Notes under the pieces: model-generated
What the model was told of the DNA's origin: nothing
What the model saw: only the letters and a program-made list of their open reading frames with translations
Database searches by the model: none
Position numbers and translations under genes: made by a program
Shown here: piece after piece, positions 48,753 through 58,674 of the stretch
How the letters are laid out: each line of letters begins with the position of its first letter
Numbering within the stretch: position 1 is the first letter of the stretch
Origin: Nitrospiria bacterium
GTDB lineage: Bacteria > Nitrospirota > Nitrospiria > Nitrospirales > NS-4
Direction of reading: 5' to 3'
Assembly (NCBI GenBank): GCA_041490525.1
Contig: JBGPTH010000014.1
Coordinates: 1,983-65,982, forward strand
DNA: 64,000 bases

Positions 48753-49121
48753 ATGAAAAAGAGTCGACAAAATAAGGTGGGGCACCTGAAGGGACGGCAT
48801 CGTAAACCGGGGGCGGTCAAGATGGCCCCCGTGAAGGCCAGACGACACGAGGAGACCCCCCACCGGAAGATCTCCGGACATCACAAACCGCCGGAAAAGA
48901 CGAAGGGACAGTCCGCTCTCGCGACCGCGATGGCGGAAGATGAGCTCGAAGAGCGGCGTCGCCTGTTCGCGAAGGCTCGGAAGGGAGACAAGGGCGCGGT
49001 GGCGAGGATCTCCGAACTCTACGGAGCGCGGATCTACACCACGGCCCAGGTCAAAGAAGTCAGTCCTGCTCGCATCATCCTGTCCATGCCCCCTATGCGG
49101 AAACGGGCCCAGCGGGCCTGA
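48753..49121 (+). CDS. Basic Lys/Arg/His-rich hypothetical protein
   Basis: GAGGA upstream; TATAAT ~40 nt upstream; coherent ORF. Confidence 0.55.
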   Translation: MKKSRQNKVGHLKGRHRKPGAVKMAPVKARRHEETPHRKISGHHKPPEKTKGQSALATAMAEDELEERRRLFAKARKGDKGAVARISELYGARIYTTAQVKEVSPARIILSMPPMRKRAQRA

Positions 49122-49148
49122 CCGTCGCGGGGACGGAAAAACACGGCG

Positions 49149-49421
49149 ATGAAAGAACGTGATCCGGAGAAGCTCCAGCTTCTCTACGAGCGGTTTCGCG
49201 ATGTGTGCCTGGTCGAGAAAGAAGTGTGGCGTGAGGTCTTTATGCCACGGGAGCAATCGACGGGCGCCCGCCTGACGAATATCCAGGATCGGTACGAAGT
49301 GGTCATCGACAATCCTGAGGCGGAGGCCACCCTGGAGGCCAATATTCCGCTGGGCCCCAAGGCGTTGGGCGCGGCCATCGCAGAATTCAAGGGCGCCATC
49401 AGCTTCGAAAAGAAGGGGTGA
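49149..49421 (+). CDS. Hypothetical protein
   Basis: Host-like codon usage, fills the gap, follows 48753 ORF. Confidence 0.6.
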   Translation: MKERDPEKLQLLYERFRDVCLVEKEVWREVFMPREQSTGARLTNIQDRYEVVIDNPEAEATLEANIPLGPKALGAAIAEFKGAISFEKKG

Positions 49422-49438
49422 CCGGCGGGACCGCCACC

Positions 49439-49732
49439 CTACTGTACCACCACCCGTAAGCCCCCGTCGGCCAGAATCACCGCAACCTGTTCACAGATTT
49501 TATGGGCTCCCGAATAGACTTCCGCCGATCCCATATGGTCGATGCGATACGCGAGCTCGAAGGCCCGGGTCGGCGTCATCTTGGGAACCGCCCGGCAGAG
49601 CAGGTCGATGACTTGTTGGTAGGTATGGCAATCGCAGTTATAGACGATGACCCGCGCCCCAAGCTCATCGTCGGTTCCTGTGGTGGTCTCCTCAAGGACC
49701 TCGGGGACTGGGGCTGACGGGAACGTGGCCAT
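49439..49732 (-). CDS. clpS: ClpS-like adaptor
   Basis: RVIVYNCDCHTY.QV...L...P.M....A..LA..ID..G.A.VY.G....C. Confidence 0.75.
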   Translation of the reverse strand: MATFPSAPVPEVLEETTTGTDDELGARVIVYNCDCHTYQQVIDLLCRAVPKMTPTRAFELAYRIDHMGSAEVYSGAHKICEQVAVILADGGLRVVVQ

Positions 49733-49876
49733 GGGTATCCTGTCAGGATTTAATTTTACCACACAATGGGTCGGTCACAGTATCCATTGCATTCCCATCC
49801 TTCGCGCTTGTTGGCTCACCGGAGGATCTACCGGGACTCGTCGTATCTCGCTCTGAACGTGACTGCCCTGGGATCC

Positions 49877-50254
49877 ATGACGGCGATCTCCCTCAGCGGC
49901 AAAGTCTGGTGGCCGCTGTTTCCCGTTCTCCTCCTGGTAGTGGTCGTGGCCCTCAGCGCCGCGGTGGTGTGGGCCGTCCGAAGAAAGGCGACCAAAACCG
50001 ACGTCCTAGTTCAGGTCCTGACGCTGCTGTGCTATCTCATCACTGCGGTGGTCGCGATGGCCAGCGAGAGAGGAACCGTCTCACCCCACATTCACAGGCT
50101 CCCGTCGCTCCTGACGCAGGGCCTCATTCTGACGCAGTTGGTCCGCATCTGGCACCGGGACGGCGGGCGTCCGCTACGCCTTCTCAACATGGTCGCCTGG
50201 GGCGGCATTCTGGCCGACACGGCGCTGCACTATCTCATCAGGCCTGGGCCCTAG
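49877..50254 (+). CDS. Four-TM hypothetical membrane protein
   Basis: Four hydrophobic segments. Confidence 0.55.
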   Translation: MTAISLSGKVWWPLFPVLLLVVVVALSAAVVWAVRRKATKTDVLVQVLTLLCYLITAVVAMASERGTVSPHIHRLPSLLTQGLILTQLVRIWHRDGGRPLRLLNMVAWGGILADTALHYLIRPGP

Positions 50255-50281
50255 CCGGTCCCCGCATGGGAACAGGAGGCC

Positions 50282-51025
50282 TCACTTTCGGAGGCCGCAC
50301 GCCCGGGCGATCCCGTCCCGGTACCGGAGCCAGTTATCCAGGGCTTCCTGCATGGCATCGAGGATGAGTTGCTGGTCCGCCGCGCCGGTCGCGTAGGTCA
50401 GCACGGACTTCCAGGCGGACTGGCGATGGCTGGCCTCGACCATGAGATGGACCCTGGTCAGGTCCAGGTACTTCGGATCAATACAGTGGTTCTGCACCAG
50501 ATAGTGCTTCCGCACGGCTTCCTCGATCTGCGCCGGGTCCATGGGCGGAGAAGGATGCAGGAGTTCCCGCCGGTCGTGGAGACTGCCTTCGACAAAGACG
50601 GTGACGACGGCGAGCGCGGTCAGCCAATCCCCCATCAGGGTGATCTTGTCCAACCACTCGCGGTAGGCGCGGCTCTCGGAGAGGAGGCTGACGTCGCGGA
50701 AGTGCGCCCGCTCGAACCCCAGCCCGAGCATCATGTTCAGGAAGAGGTCGGGATGGGATTGGCCGAGGGTCAGGCCGCCGGTGTCCTCCTCGTAGAGATT
50801 GCGGGCCAGATCGCTCCGCACAGGGCGGGGAGGGTTCTTACCGTGGATCCGGCTTAACAACACCGCGAAGTCCCGAACGTACACGGCGTATTCTTGGCGG
50901 TAGTGGATTTCGAGCTGGGCCTTAGTGGTCTGGGGACCGGAAAACAGCGGCCACGCCCAGTGGTCCTTCCGGTCCATGATCGCCAGCAGCTTGTCCCGGA
51001 ACTGATCGCTGGAAAGAACCTTCAT
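50282..51025 (-). CDS. Heme-oxygenase-like diiron oxidase (PqqC/CADD/TenA superfamily)
   Basis: NL.EE..G....SH..LF, VEG, H..VE..H metal-ligand pattern. Confidence 0.75.
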   Translation of the reverse strand: MKVLSSDQFRDKLLAIMDRKDHWAWPLFSGPQTTKAQLEIHYRQEYAVYVRDFAVLLSRIHGKNPPRPVRSDLARNLYEEDTGGLTLGQSHPDLFLNMMLGLGFERAHFRDVSLLSESRAYREWLDKITLMGDWLTALAVVTVFVEGSLHDRRELLHPSPPMDPAQIEEAVRKHYLVQNHCIDPKYLDLTRVHLMVEASHRQSAWKSVLTYATGAADQQLILDAMQEALDNWLRYRDGIARACGLRK

Positions 51026-51063
51026 ACGGGTCTCCCTTGCATCCTTTTAAGGCGGTCGCTAGA

Positions 51064-51363
51064 ATGAGTTATAAGCCGATGGAGCCGATTACGCTGAACA
51101 GCCCGGACGACATCTTCAAGGTCCTCGCGGAGGTGTCGCTCAAGGGGCGTGGGATGACCGCCGAGTGCCTCCTGGATCGCGTCCTTGATGAGGGCTTCAC
51201 CGAGCCCATCTACCTCAATGCCAAGGGGGAGGACCCCGATGCCTTTTATCAGGGCCACCCCAACGCGTGGGCCGTCTATACGATCCGCGAATGGAAGCGT
51301 GTCCTGATGATTTCCGGCGGCCCCGGCCAGGAACGACGGCTCCAAGTCACCGAGACCCCCTGA
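51064..51363 (+). CDS. Hypothetical protein
   Basis: Host-like codon usage; divergent from the diiron oxidase gene. Confidence 0.6.
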   Translation: MSYKPMEPITLNSPDDIFKVLAEVSLKGRGMTAECLLDRVLDEGFTEPIYLNAKGEDPDAFYQGHPNAWAVYTIREWKRVLMISGGPGQERRLQVTETP

Positions 51364-51441
51364 CACGCTCGAAGCCCCAGGGCCGGGCCGGCGGGAACCC
51401 CGGCATTGCGTTTCCCTCCCCCGGAGGGCTACCATACGCGC

Positions 51442-51690
51442 ATGACCATGCTCCTGGTCCCCCGGGACGAAAACGAACTTCTCCTCGTTTCGAGCCTCTT
51501 GGAAGGGGCCGGCATCGCGTACTTTGTCCAGAACGAGCATTTCGGCGGCCTGTATCCCGGGTTGAACCTGTTTCCGTTCAACGAACGGATCATCTTCGTT
51601 GCCGAGCCCGACCTCGATCGCGCCTCTCTGCTGCTGCGGGATTTCCTGGAGGCCGTGGAGGGGACCCCCGAAGCGGACCAGGCGGGCTGA
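51442..51690 (+). CDS. DUF2007-like small protein
   Basis: E..LV.SLLE.AGI.YFV.NE.......P....V...D..RA..LL. Confidence 0.7.
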   Translation: MTMLLVPRDENELLLVSSLLEGAGIAYFVQNEHFGGLYPGLNLFPFNERIIFVAEPDLDRASLLLRDFLEAVEGTPEADQAG

Positions 51691-51696
51691 GGGGCG

Positions 51697-52074
51697 TCAG
51701 TACCACCCGCCGACCAGGGCGTCCTCCTCGAAATACAGATAGCGATGCTTGACGGTGGCGCTGTCGATCCAATCCTCATACACCCACGATTCCCGGCGGA
51801 TCCCGGCGTCGGTATAGCTGACCTCGATCTTATACGGAGACCCCCAACTCCGCAGCACCTGTTCGCGGTTCATGCCCACGACCACCCGCTTCTGGGTGAT
51901 GGCCGTTTCCAAGGTGGGATACCGGTAGCTCGGCAGGACTCGCCACACCAGTATCCCCAGCACCGCGATCACGAGCATCAGGTACAGGACGAGCCGGATC
52001 GGGCGTCGGCGAAGGTAGGGGAGCGGCAGGGACGAGGCGTTCGAGAGACTCATTGATGGAAAAAAGTCTATCAA
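51697..52074 (-). CDS. Membrane-anchored SmpA/BamE-like domain protein
   Basis: TM helix then VGMNREQV..SWG.P, W.Y, YLYFE...LV. Confidence 0.55.
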   Translation of the reverse strand: MIDFFPSMSLSNASSLPLPYLRRRPIRLVLYLMLVIAVLGILVWRVLPSYRYPTLETAITQKRVVVGMNREQVLRSWGSPYKIEVSYTDAGIRRESWVYEDWIDSATVKHRYLYFEEDALVGGWY

Positions 52075-52107
52075 GGAAGCCTTTGCGAGGTCAAGCCTTC
52101 CTCCCGG

Positions 52108-52491
52108 ATGAGGCGCTGCATGTACGTTGAAGTGGAGTCCAATCCCAACTGCGAGGGCTCAGTCTTCCTCCGGTTCCGGGAGCAGGGGCCCGCGCGCCCG
52201 GTGGCGCAGGTCCGCCTCTACGACCGCGTCTCAACGGGAGAGTGGTGCTGGGTGACCGGCTGGCAGGGAGACCCGGCCAATGCCCTCTGCCCGGCGTGGG
52301 CCCTGCCGGTCGAGGATTCCGGATCAGGGGTGGCGTATCTCGTGCGCGGGGGAGAGTGGGGGCTCCGGCTCAGGCCGGTCAAGGCCGAAGAGCCGTGGAC
52401 GTTGGACAGCCCCTGCCAGTGGGGAGAGGCCTACCTCCTCTTGACGGATCTGCGGGATATCCGGTTCGCCGACACCGCCGAAACCGCCTGA
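52108..52491 (+). CDS. Hypothetical protein
   Basis: Coherent ORF with host-like codon usage. Confidence 0.55.
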   Translation: MRRCMYVEVESNPNCEGSVFLRFREQGPARPVAQVRLYDRVSTGEWCWVTGWQGDPANALCPAWALPVEDSGSGVAYLVRGGEWGLRLRPVKAEEPWTLDSPCQWGEAYLLLTDLRDIRFADTAETA

Positions 52492-52542
52492 TCGACCTCG
52501 GACGACCACGGAGCGATGCTCGACCCGGACCCGCGCGTCCCG

Positions 52543-53355
52543 TCAGGGGGCATAGCGGGGCAGGGGGATCTTCTTCTTGACCGGTTCCGCCGGCGGGGGA
52601 AGGGATGCGGCCTTGGCCGAAAAGGGGTTCAGCATCGCCTCATGGGTCAGCTTCGAGTGGTCCTTGATGAATTGCAGGCTGTCCACGGCGAACTCCAGCC
52701 GGCTCACCTTGTCGTTCAGGGTGAGGCGAGGGGGCAGCTCCTCGAGGGTGTACAAGCGATAGGAGAGCGACCAGTCATAGCCGGCCTTGGCCGGCTCCCT
52801 CACCAGACGGCGCCCGTCCTTGGAGACCTGATCCTGGATCAGGATGACGAAGAGGTTGGATCGGAAGGTCGGCGCGTCGTCCGAGGGCGACGGCCGAAAC
52901 TCGGGCACGAGTTTCTGGAGATCCGCAATCGGCACCGGGTAGGGGACGGATACGGGGCCTTCGAGCGAGCCGGCCGGGAGATCGGGACTCAGGAACTCGA
53001 CATCCACCAGAGTGACGATGAGGGGCGGCGCGTCGGCGCCGGTGGTTTTCTCCTCGGCAAACTGGAAGGAGTACCGGATATTCACCTTCTCCCTGGTATA
53101 GACGTACACGTCTTCCCCTATCACGGAGGCCATCTGTTCCTTTAACACGTTCTCCCATTCGTCGAAGGCATGGTATTGGTAGACCCGCTGGGCGGCCAGC
53201 TTGGTCCGGATCTTGTGGGGTTGCCCCAGCGTGGCATGTAGTTCGGGCCGTGCCAGGCCCAGGTACCCGTCCGAGAAGAGACTCCCGGCGTGCGCGGCGG
53301 GAGGGGAGAACCACCAGACCAGGAGGCCAGCAAAGAGGATCGCCATCATTCGCAT
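52543..53355 (-). CDS. Secreted hypothetical protein
   Basis: Signal peptide ending AHA; LGL...EL...LG.P motif near the N-terminus. Confidence 0.65.
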   Translation of the reverse strand: MRMMAILFAGLLVWWFSPPAAHAGSLFSDGYLGLARPELHATLGQPHKIRTKLAAQRVYQYHAFDEWENVLKEQMASVIGEDVYVYTREKVNIRYSFQFAEEKTTGADAPPLIVTLVDVEFLSPDLPAGSLEGPVSVPYPVPIADLQKLVPEFRPSPSDDAPTFRSNLFVILIQDQVSKDGRRLVREPAKAGYDWSLSYRLYTLEELPPRLTLNDKVSRLEFAVDSLQFIKDHSKLTHEAMLNPFSAKAASLPPPAEPVKKKIPLPRYAP

Positions 53356-53521
53356 TGAGGGGCTCCGAGGGTACGCAAATGCTACGGACTGCCCCCCGGA
53401 TTGTCAAGGCGCCCCGCTTGCGCCGCTTGGACCTATCCAGTATAGTCACCGGACGATCCATCGAGAACTCTGTAGGTAGTTCCAGCCCGTCGCCCGTCGA
53501 CGGAACGAGGTCCCGATTTCC

Positions 53522-56500
53522 ATGAGCGGCGTGTCCCCAAGGCCTCTGGAGCTTGAGCAACTGTTGCGCCGGCGCATCGCGATTCTCGACGGCGCGATGG
53601 GCACGATGATCCAGGCGCGTCAGCTCGATGAGGCGGGCTTTCGGGGGCGGCAATTCGCCGACCACCCCACCGATCTGAAAGGGTGCAACGACCTCCTCTG
53701 CCTGACCCAGCCGGACATCATTGAGGAAATCCATCGCCAATATCTCGAATCGGGGGCGGACATCATCGAGACGAACACGTTCAACTCCACGGCGATCTCG
53801 ATGGCCGATTACAAGCTGGAGCCCGTGGTCTATGACCTGAACGTGGCCGGCGCCCAGGCCGCCCGTCGTGCGGTCGAGGCCGTCATGGCGAAGGACCCGT
53901 CCCGCCCGCGGTTCGTGGCCGGGGCGATGGGGCCCACGAACCGCACGGCGTCGATGTCGCCGGATGTCAACAACCCCGCCTTTCGGGCGGTCAGCTACGA
54001 CCAACTGGTCGCCGCCTATACCGAGCAGGTCCGGGGACTGCTGGACGGCGGGGTCGATCTCTTGTTGGCCGAGACGGTCTTTGACACGCTGAACCTCAAG
54101 GCCGCCCTCTTTGCCATCGATCAGTATTTTGAGACCCAGGGACGGCGCGTGCCCGTGATGGTCTCGGTCACCATCACGGACCGGAGCGGCCGGACGCTTT
54201 CCGGCCAGACCGTGGAGGCGTTCTGGAATTCGATCTCCCACATGCCGTTGCTGAGCGTCGGGATCAACTGCGCGCTCGGGGCGAAGCAGATGCGCCCCTA
54301 TATCGGGGAGCTGGCCTCGCTCGCGCCGGTGTACCTCAGTTGCTATCCCAATGCCGGCCTGCCCAACGCCTTCGGAGGGTTCGATGAAACCCCGGAGATC
54401 ATGGCCGCCGACCTCCTGGACTTCGCGTCGAACGGCTGGCTGAACATCGTCGGCGGATGCTGCGGGACGACCCCGGCCCATATCCGTGCCATCGCCGACG
54501 CCGTGCGCGACTGTCCCCCGCGAGTGCCGGTCACCCCCGAACCGTTTACCCGCCTGAGCGGGCTGGAACCGTTGACGATCCGCCCGGAGACCAACTTCGT
54601 CAACATCGGGGAACGCACGAACGTCACCGGGTCCCCCCAGTTCGCCAAACTGGTCCTGAACGCCGAGTACGAGGCCGCCCTGTCTATCGCGCGCCAACAA
54701 GTGGAGGGCGGTGCACAGATGATCGACGTGAACATGGACGAGGGCATGCTGGATTCGGCGGCGGCGATGGAGCAATTCCTGAAGTTGATCGCCTCCGAGC
54801 CGGACATCTCCCGGGTGCCGGTCGTGATCGACAGCTCCAACTGGGCGGTGATCGAGGCGGGGCTCAAGTGCGTCCAGGGCAAGCCGGTCGTGAACTCGAT
54901 CAGCCTGAAGGAAGGGGAGGAGGCGTTCACACGCCGCGCCCGGTTGATCCGGCGGTACGGCGCGGCGGTCGTGGTCATGGCCTTCGATGAAGCGGGGCAG
55001 GCCGACCGGGTGGAACGCAAGGTCGAGATCTGCACGCGGGCGTACCGGATCTTGACCGAGGAGGTGGGGGTTCCACCACAGGACATTATTTTCGATCCCA
55101 ACGTGCTGACCGTCGCCACGGGCATCGAGGAGCACAACACGTACGCGGTGGATTTCATCGAGGCCGTCCGCCGGATCAAGGCCACGCTGCCTCACTGCAA
55201 GGTCAGCGGGGGCATCAGCAATATTTCCTTCTCCTTTCGCGGCAACCACGCGGTCCGCGAGGCGATGCACTCCGCCTTTCTCTATCATGCGATCCGGGCC
55301 GGGCTGGACATGGGCATCGTCAACGCCGGTCAGCTCGCCGTGTACGAAGAGATCCCCAAAGACCTGCTGGAGCTGGTCGAAGACGTCCTGTTGAACCGGC
55401 GCCCGGACGCCACCGAGCGGCTGGTGGCCTTTGCCGAGACCGTCAGGCAGCAGGGCAGAGTTGCCGTGCAGGAGGATGCCTGGCGGGCGGGCACGGTCGA
55501 GGAGCGTCTGTCGCACGCCCTGGTCAAAGGCGTGGTGGAGCACATCGAGGCGGACGTGGAGGAGGCCCGCCGGAAGTACGCCAAGCCTCTGGAGGTGATC
55601 GAAGGCCCCTTGATGGCGGGCATGAACATCGTGGGGGACCTGTTCGGCTCCGGCAAGATGTTTTTGCCCCAGGTCGTCAAGAGCGCGCGCGTGATGAAAA
55701 AGGCGGTGGCTTATCTGTTGCCCTTCATGGAGGAAGAAAAAAAGACCTCCGGCATCAGCCGGGCCCAGGGGAAAATCCTGATGGCCACCGTGAAGGGGGA
55801 CGTGCACGACATCGGGAAGAACATCGTCGGGGTGGTGCTCGGGTGCAACAACTATGAGGTGATCGATCTGGGGGTGATGGTCCCCTGCGACAAGATCCTC
55901 GCGACCGCCCGCGACCGCCAGGTGGACCTGATCGGGCTCAGTGGCCTGATCACCCCCTCGCTGGAGGAGATGGTGCACGTGGCGCGGGAAATGGCGCGGG
56001 AGGGAGTGCAGGTCCCGCTTCTGATCGGCGGGGCCACCACGAGCAAGGCCCATACGGCCGTGAAGATCGCGCCCGCGTACGCGCAGCCGGTGGTCCACGT
56101 GTTGGACGCCTCGAGGGCGGTGGGGGTGGTCAGCCGCCTCCTCAGTCCGGACCAGAAGGCGCCGTTCGCCGAACAAAACCGGCTTGACCAGGAGCGAGTC
56201 CGGCACGCGCACAAGGAGCGCGGGGAGAAGGTCTTGCTCACGTTGGCCGAGGCGCGTGAGCGGAGAACGCCGATCGAGTGGCGAGCCGCCGACATCCCGA
56301 AACCGGCCTTCACCGGCATTCGGGTCCTGGAATCGTGTCCGCTGGGTGAGATTGTCCCGTTCATTGACTGGTCGCCGTTCTTTCACACGTGGGAGCTGCG
56401 CGGGCGCTATCCCAAGATCCTGGAGGACGCGACCGTCGGCCCGAAGGCCAAGGAGCTGTTCGACGACGCACAGGCGCTGCTCAACGAGATCGTGCGCGGC

Positions 56501-57217
56501 AAGCTGCTCACGGCGCGCGGCGTGTACGGTTTCTTCCCGGCGAACAGCGTCGGCGACGACATCGAAGTGTACCGCGACGAGTCGCGCACGTCGGTGCGGA
56601 TGGTGTTCCATACACTCCGCCAGCAGACGCCGAAGCCGGAGGGGCAGTTCAATCAGGCGCTGGCCGATTTCATCGCGCCGAAGTCCACGGGACTTCCGGA
56701 CTACCTCGGCGCGTTCGCGGTCACGAGCGGCATCGGGCTTGAGAAGATCTGCGCGCGCTTCGAGAAGGAGCACGACGACTACAACTCGATCATGGCAAAG
56801 GCGCTGGCGGACCGGCTGGCGGAGGCCTTTGCCGAGCTGTTGCACAAGAAGGCGCGGGAGGAATGGGGCTACGGCGCGGCGGAGGGGCTCGGCCACGAAG
56901 ACCTGATCCGGGAACGCTACCGGGGCATTCGCCCGGCCCCCGGGTACCCGGCCTGTCCGGACCACACCGAGAAGCGCACCTTCTTCGATCTGCTACACGC
57001 GGAGAAGAACGCGGGCATCACCTTGACTGAAACCTTCGCGATGCTTCCGGCCAGCTCGGTCAGTGGATTGTATTTCGCGCATCCCGACGCGAAGTACTTT
57101 GCGGTGGGCAAGCTCGCCCGAGACCAGGTCCTGGACTATGCGCGGCGTAAACAAATGGACGTGGGCGCGATCGAGCGCTGGCTCGCCCCCAATCTGAATT
57201 ACGAGCCGGAGCGGTAA
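53522..57217 (+). CDS. metH: Cobalamin-dependent methionine synthase
   Basis: [62 protein letters not shown]. Confidence 0.98.
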   Translation: MSGVSPRPLELEQLLRRRIAILDGAMGTMIQARQLDEAGFRGRQFADHPTDLKGCNDLLCLTQPDIIEEIHRQYLESGADIIETNTFNSTAISMADYKLEPVVYDLNVAGAQAARRAVEAVMAKDPSRPRFVAGAMGPTNRTASMSPDVNNPAFRAVSYDQLVAAYTEQVRGLLDGGVDLLLAETVFDTLNLKAALFAIDQYFETQGRRVPVMVSVTITDRSGRTLSGQTVEAFWNSISHMPLLSVGINCALGAKQMRPYIGELASLAPVYLSCYPNAGLPNAFGGFDETPEIMAADLLDFASNGWLNIVGGCCGTTPAHIRAIADAVRDCPPRVPVTPEPFTRLSGLEPLTIRPETNFVNIGERTNVTGSPQFAKLVLNAEYEAALSIARQQVEGGAQMIDVNMDEGMLDSAAAMEQFLKLIASEPDISRVPVVIDSSNWAVIEAGLKCVQGKPVVNSISLKEGEEAFTRRARLIRRYGAAVVVMAFDEAGQADRVERKVEICTRAYRILTEEVGVPPQDIIFDPNVLTVATGIEEHNTYAVDFIEAVRRIKATLPHCKVSGGISNISFSFRGNHAVREAMHSAFLYHAIRAGLDMGIVNAGQLAVYEEIPKDLLELVEDVLLNRRPDATERLVAFAETVRQQGRVAVQEDAWRAGTVEERLSHALVKGVVEHIEADVEEARRKYAKPLEVIEGPLMAGMNIVGDLFGSGKMFLPQVVKSARVMKKAVAYLLPFMEEEKKTSGISRAQGKILMATVKGDVHDIGKNIVGVVLGCNNYEVIDLGVMVPCDKILATARDRQVDLIGLSGLITPSLEEMVHVAREMAREGVQVPLLIGGATTSKAHTAVKIAPAYAQPVVHVLDASRAVGVVSRLLSPDQKAPFAEQNRLDQERVRHAHKERGEKVLLTLAEARERRTPIEWRAADIPKPAFTGIRVLESCPLGEIVPFIDWSPFFHTWELRGRYPKILEDATVGPKAKELFDDAQALLNEIVRGKLLTARGVYGFFPANSVGDDIEVYRDESRTSVRMVFHTLRQQTPKPEGQFNQALADFIAPKSTGLPDYLGAFAVTSGIGLEKICARFEKEHDDYNSIMAKALADRLAEAFAELLHKKAREEWGYGAAEGLGHEDLIRERYRGIRPAPGYPACPDHTEKRTFFDLLHAEKNAGITLTETFAMLPASSVSGLYFAHPDAKYFAVGKLARDQVLDYARRKQMDVGAIERWLAPNLNYEPER

Positions 57218-57256
57218 GGTGTCTGGCGCCCGGAGGTGTCTTGCTCGATTATCTGA

Positions 57257-57301
57257 GGTGTCTGGCTCAATTTTTCTTCCGAGAAAAATGTGCCTGACAC
57301 C
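57257..57301. repeat. REP-like imperfect palindrome E1
   Basis: GGTGTCTGGCTCAATTTTTCT-TCCG-AGAAAAATGTGCCTGACACC; GGTGTCTGGC also at 57218, directly after the metH stop. Confidence 0.7.
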
Positions 57302-57373
57302 GGGTTTGCTATGCGTCCATCTAGCCACGGGGGATCCGAGGCATCACCTATGAGACACCGCGACGAGGGGAAA

Positions 57374-57406
57374 GGACTAAACAAGGTAACCTGTCCCCTT
57401 TTTCTG
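57374..57406. repeat. REP-like half element E2, a direct repeat of the right arm of E3
   Basis: GGACTAAACAAGGTAACCTGTCCCCTTTTTCTG vs GGACCAAACAAAGTAGCCTGTCCTCTTTTCTG (57784..57815). Confidence 0.65.
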
Positions 57407-57454
57407 GCCGCCAAAATGCCTGCTGAAGCCTAAGCACAGCAAGTCGAGTGATCA

Positions 57455-57724
57455 ATGATGTGGAAAACACTTGGAGAAGCAGCATTCTATTTTGGCTTTG
57501 GGAGCCTGCTGCTTGGTTTTCGTAAGGCCATGACCCCTTCTCGAGAATCTGAGGATAATACCCGACAAATCTTCTGGTGGACCATCAAAGTGTCGCGATG
57601 GGAGCAACGCTATAACTACTACCTTGCAAACTTCATCATCCTGGCGACGGCCAGCGTCGCATTCTTCTTTGGCCTGGTCACACTCTATGCCCTGATTACG
57701 GGCCAGCCGTCGCCTATACGCTAA
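57455..57724 (+). CDS. Small two-TM hypothetical protein
   Basis: Two hydrophobic segments; lies between E2 and E3. Confidence 0.6.
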   Translation: MMWKTLGEAAFYFGFGSLLLGFRKAMTPSRESEDNTRQIFWWTIKVSRWEQRYNYYLANFIILATASVAFFFGLVTLYALITGQPSPIR

Positions 57725-57745
57725 GAATTAAGTGAGGAGTGCGTT

Positions 57746-57815
57746 CAGAAAAAGGGAAAGGCTACCTTCTTTACGGCGTGAGAGGACCAAACAAAGTAGC
57801 CTGTCCTCTTTTCTG
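57746..57815. repeat. REP-like palindrome E3
   Basis: Arms CAGAAAAAGGGAAAGGCTAC / GTAGCCTGTCCTCTTTTCTG, 17/20 complementary. Confidence 0.7.
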
Positions 57816-57826
57816 CTGCCGGGTAA

Positions 57827-58552
57827 ATGATGCCAGATAAAGCAACGCTTGGTGCGAGCGGAGGAGCACCTGAAGATCGGACGGCCATCCTCCGCCGAAG
57901 ACCGGCTCGGACCAGGATACGAATTCTCAACGTTCGGAAAATTTTCCCTCCGGATGACGAGCTTGCAACAATCATCGCTCGCTTATGCATTCTGAGGGAA
58001 GATCTATCTCTTGAAATCCATGGCATTGTCTTTGATCCAATGGAGTTCCTAGACAGGAATTCGATCCCATGGCGGCACAACTACTTCTTCAGGAATTCGG
58101 TCAGGACGCTGATGGAGATCAGGGGAGCGCTACAAACCTTGAACTGCAATGTGGAATTCAAGCGGATCCTTAAAAGGTGTGAACCTAAAGCGCAAGAGTA
58201 TTTCAAAGAATTTTGTAAGCGCATTAACGAGGCCCATGGACTTATTGAGGAAGTACGAAACAGCATTGGGGCACACGTCAAGCACAATGCTGTTGGACGG
58301 GGTCTGAAGTCGGTTCCCTTCGAAAGAACTGGAGTCTGGGAAGAGTCGCAGGATTTTATCCATACACATCATCGTTTTTCGAATGAATTGTTTATTGCCA
58401 TCTTGCAGGGAGGGGATCGTCCTTATGATGTTCCAGACAAGGACATAACGGAAGTCCTAGAAATGACAGGGACCATGGCTCGCCTGACAGAGGCCATTCC
58501 GCTCATTGATATGCTATTTAGGCTTTACCTTCATGAAAGGCATCTGCTCTAA
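57827..58552 (+). CDS. Hypothetical protein with HEPN-like R-x5-H motif
   Basis: EVRNSIGAH in a helical protein; foreign composition. Confidence 0.6.
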   Translation: MMPDKATLGASGGAPEDRTAILRRRPARTRIRILNVRKIFPPDDELATIIARLCILREDLSLEIHGIVFDPMEFLDRNSIPWRHNYFFRNSVRTLMEIRGALQTLNCNVEFKRILKRCEPKAQEYFKEFCKRINEAHGLIEEVRNSIGAHVKHNAVGRGLKSVPFERTGVWEESQDFIHTHHRFSNELFIAILQGGDRPYDVPDKDITEVLEMTGTMARLTEAIPLIDMLFRLYLHERHLL

Positions 58553-58570
58553 TCCGTACAAAGAAGGTCA

Positions 58571-58617
58571 GGGCAGGTCTTGCAATCATCCATCGTCGTA
58601 ATGCAAGACGTCACTCC
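58571..58617. repeat. REP-like palindrome E4
   Basis: GGGCAGGTCTTGCAAT...ATGCAAGACGTCACTCC with perfect GTCTTGCA/TGCAAGAC stem. Confidence 0.65.
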
Positions 58618-58674
58618 GAGAAGTTTCCATGGTTCCATCTTCTTTGCCTACAACGGTAGCTTCCGAGGCACTGC

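Noticed and set aside
49600-49660. CDCH in ClpS as a heme c attachment site
   Set aside because: It is CxCH rather than CxxCH, and the protein has no export signal.
53356-53521. SAM or cobalamin riboswitch upstream of metH
   Set aside because: No recognisable conserved core in this short divergent intergenic region.
52775-56965. 1396-aa minus-strand ORF
   Set aside because: Antisense shadow of metH; no recognisable motifs. Long antisense ORFs are expected in GC-rich coding DNA.
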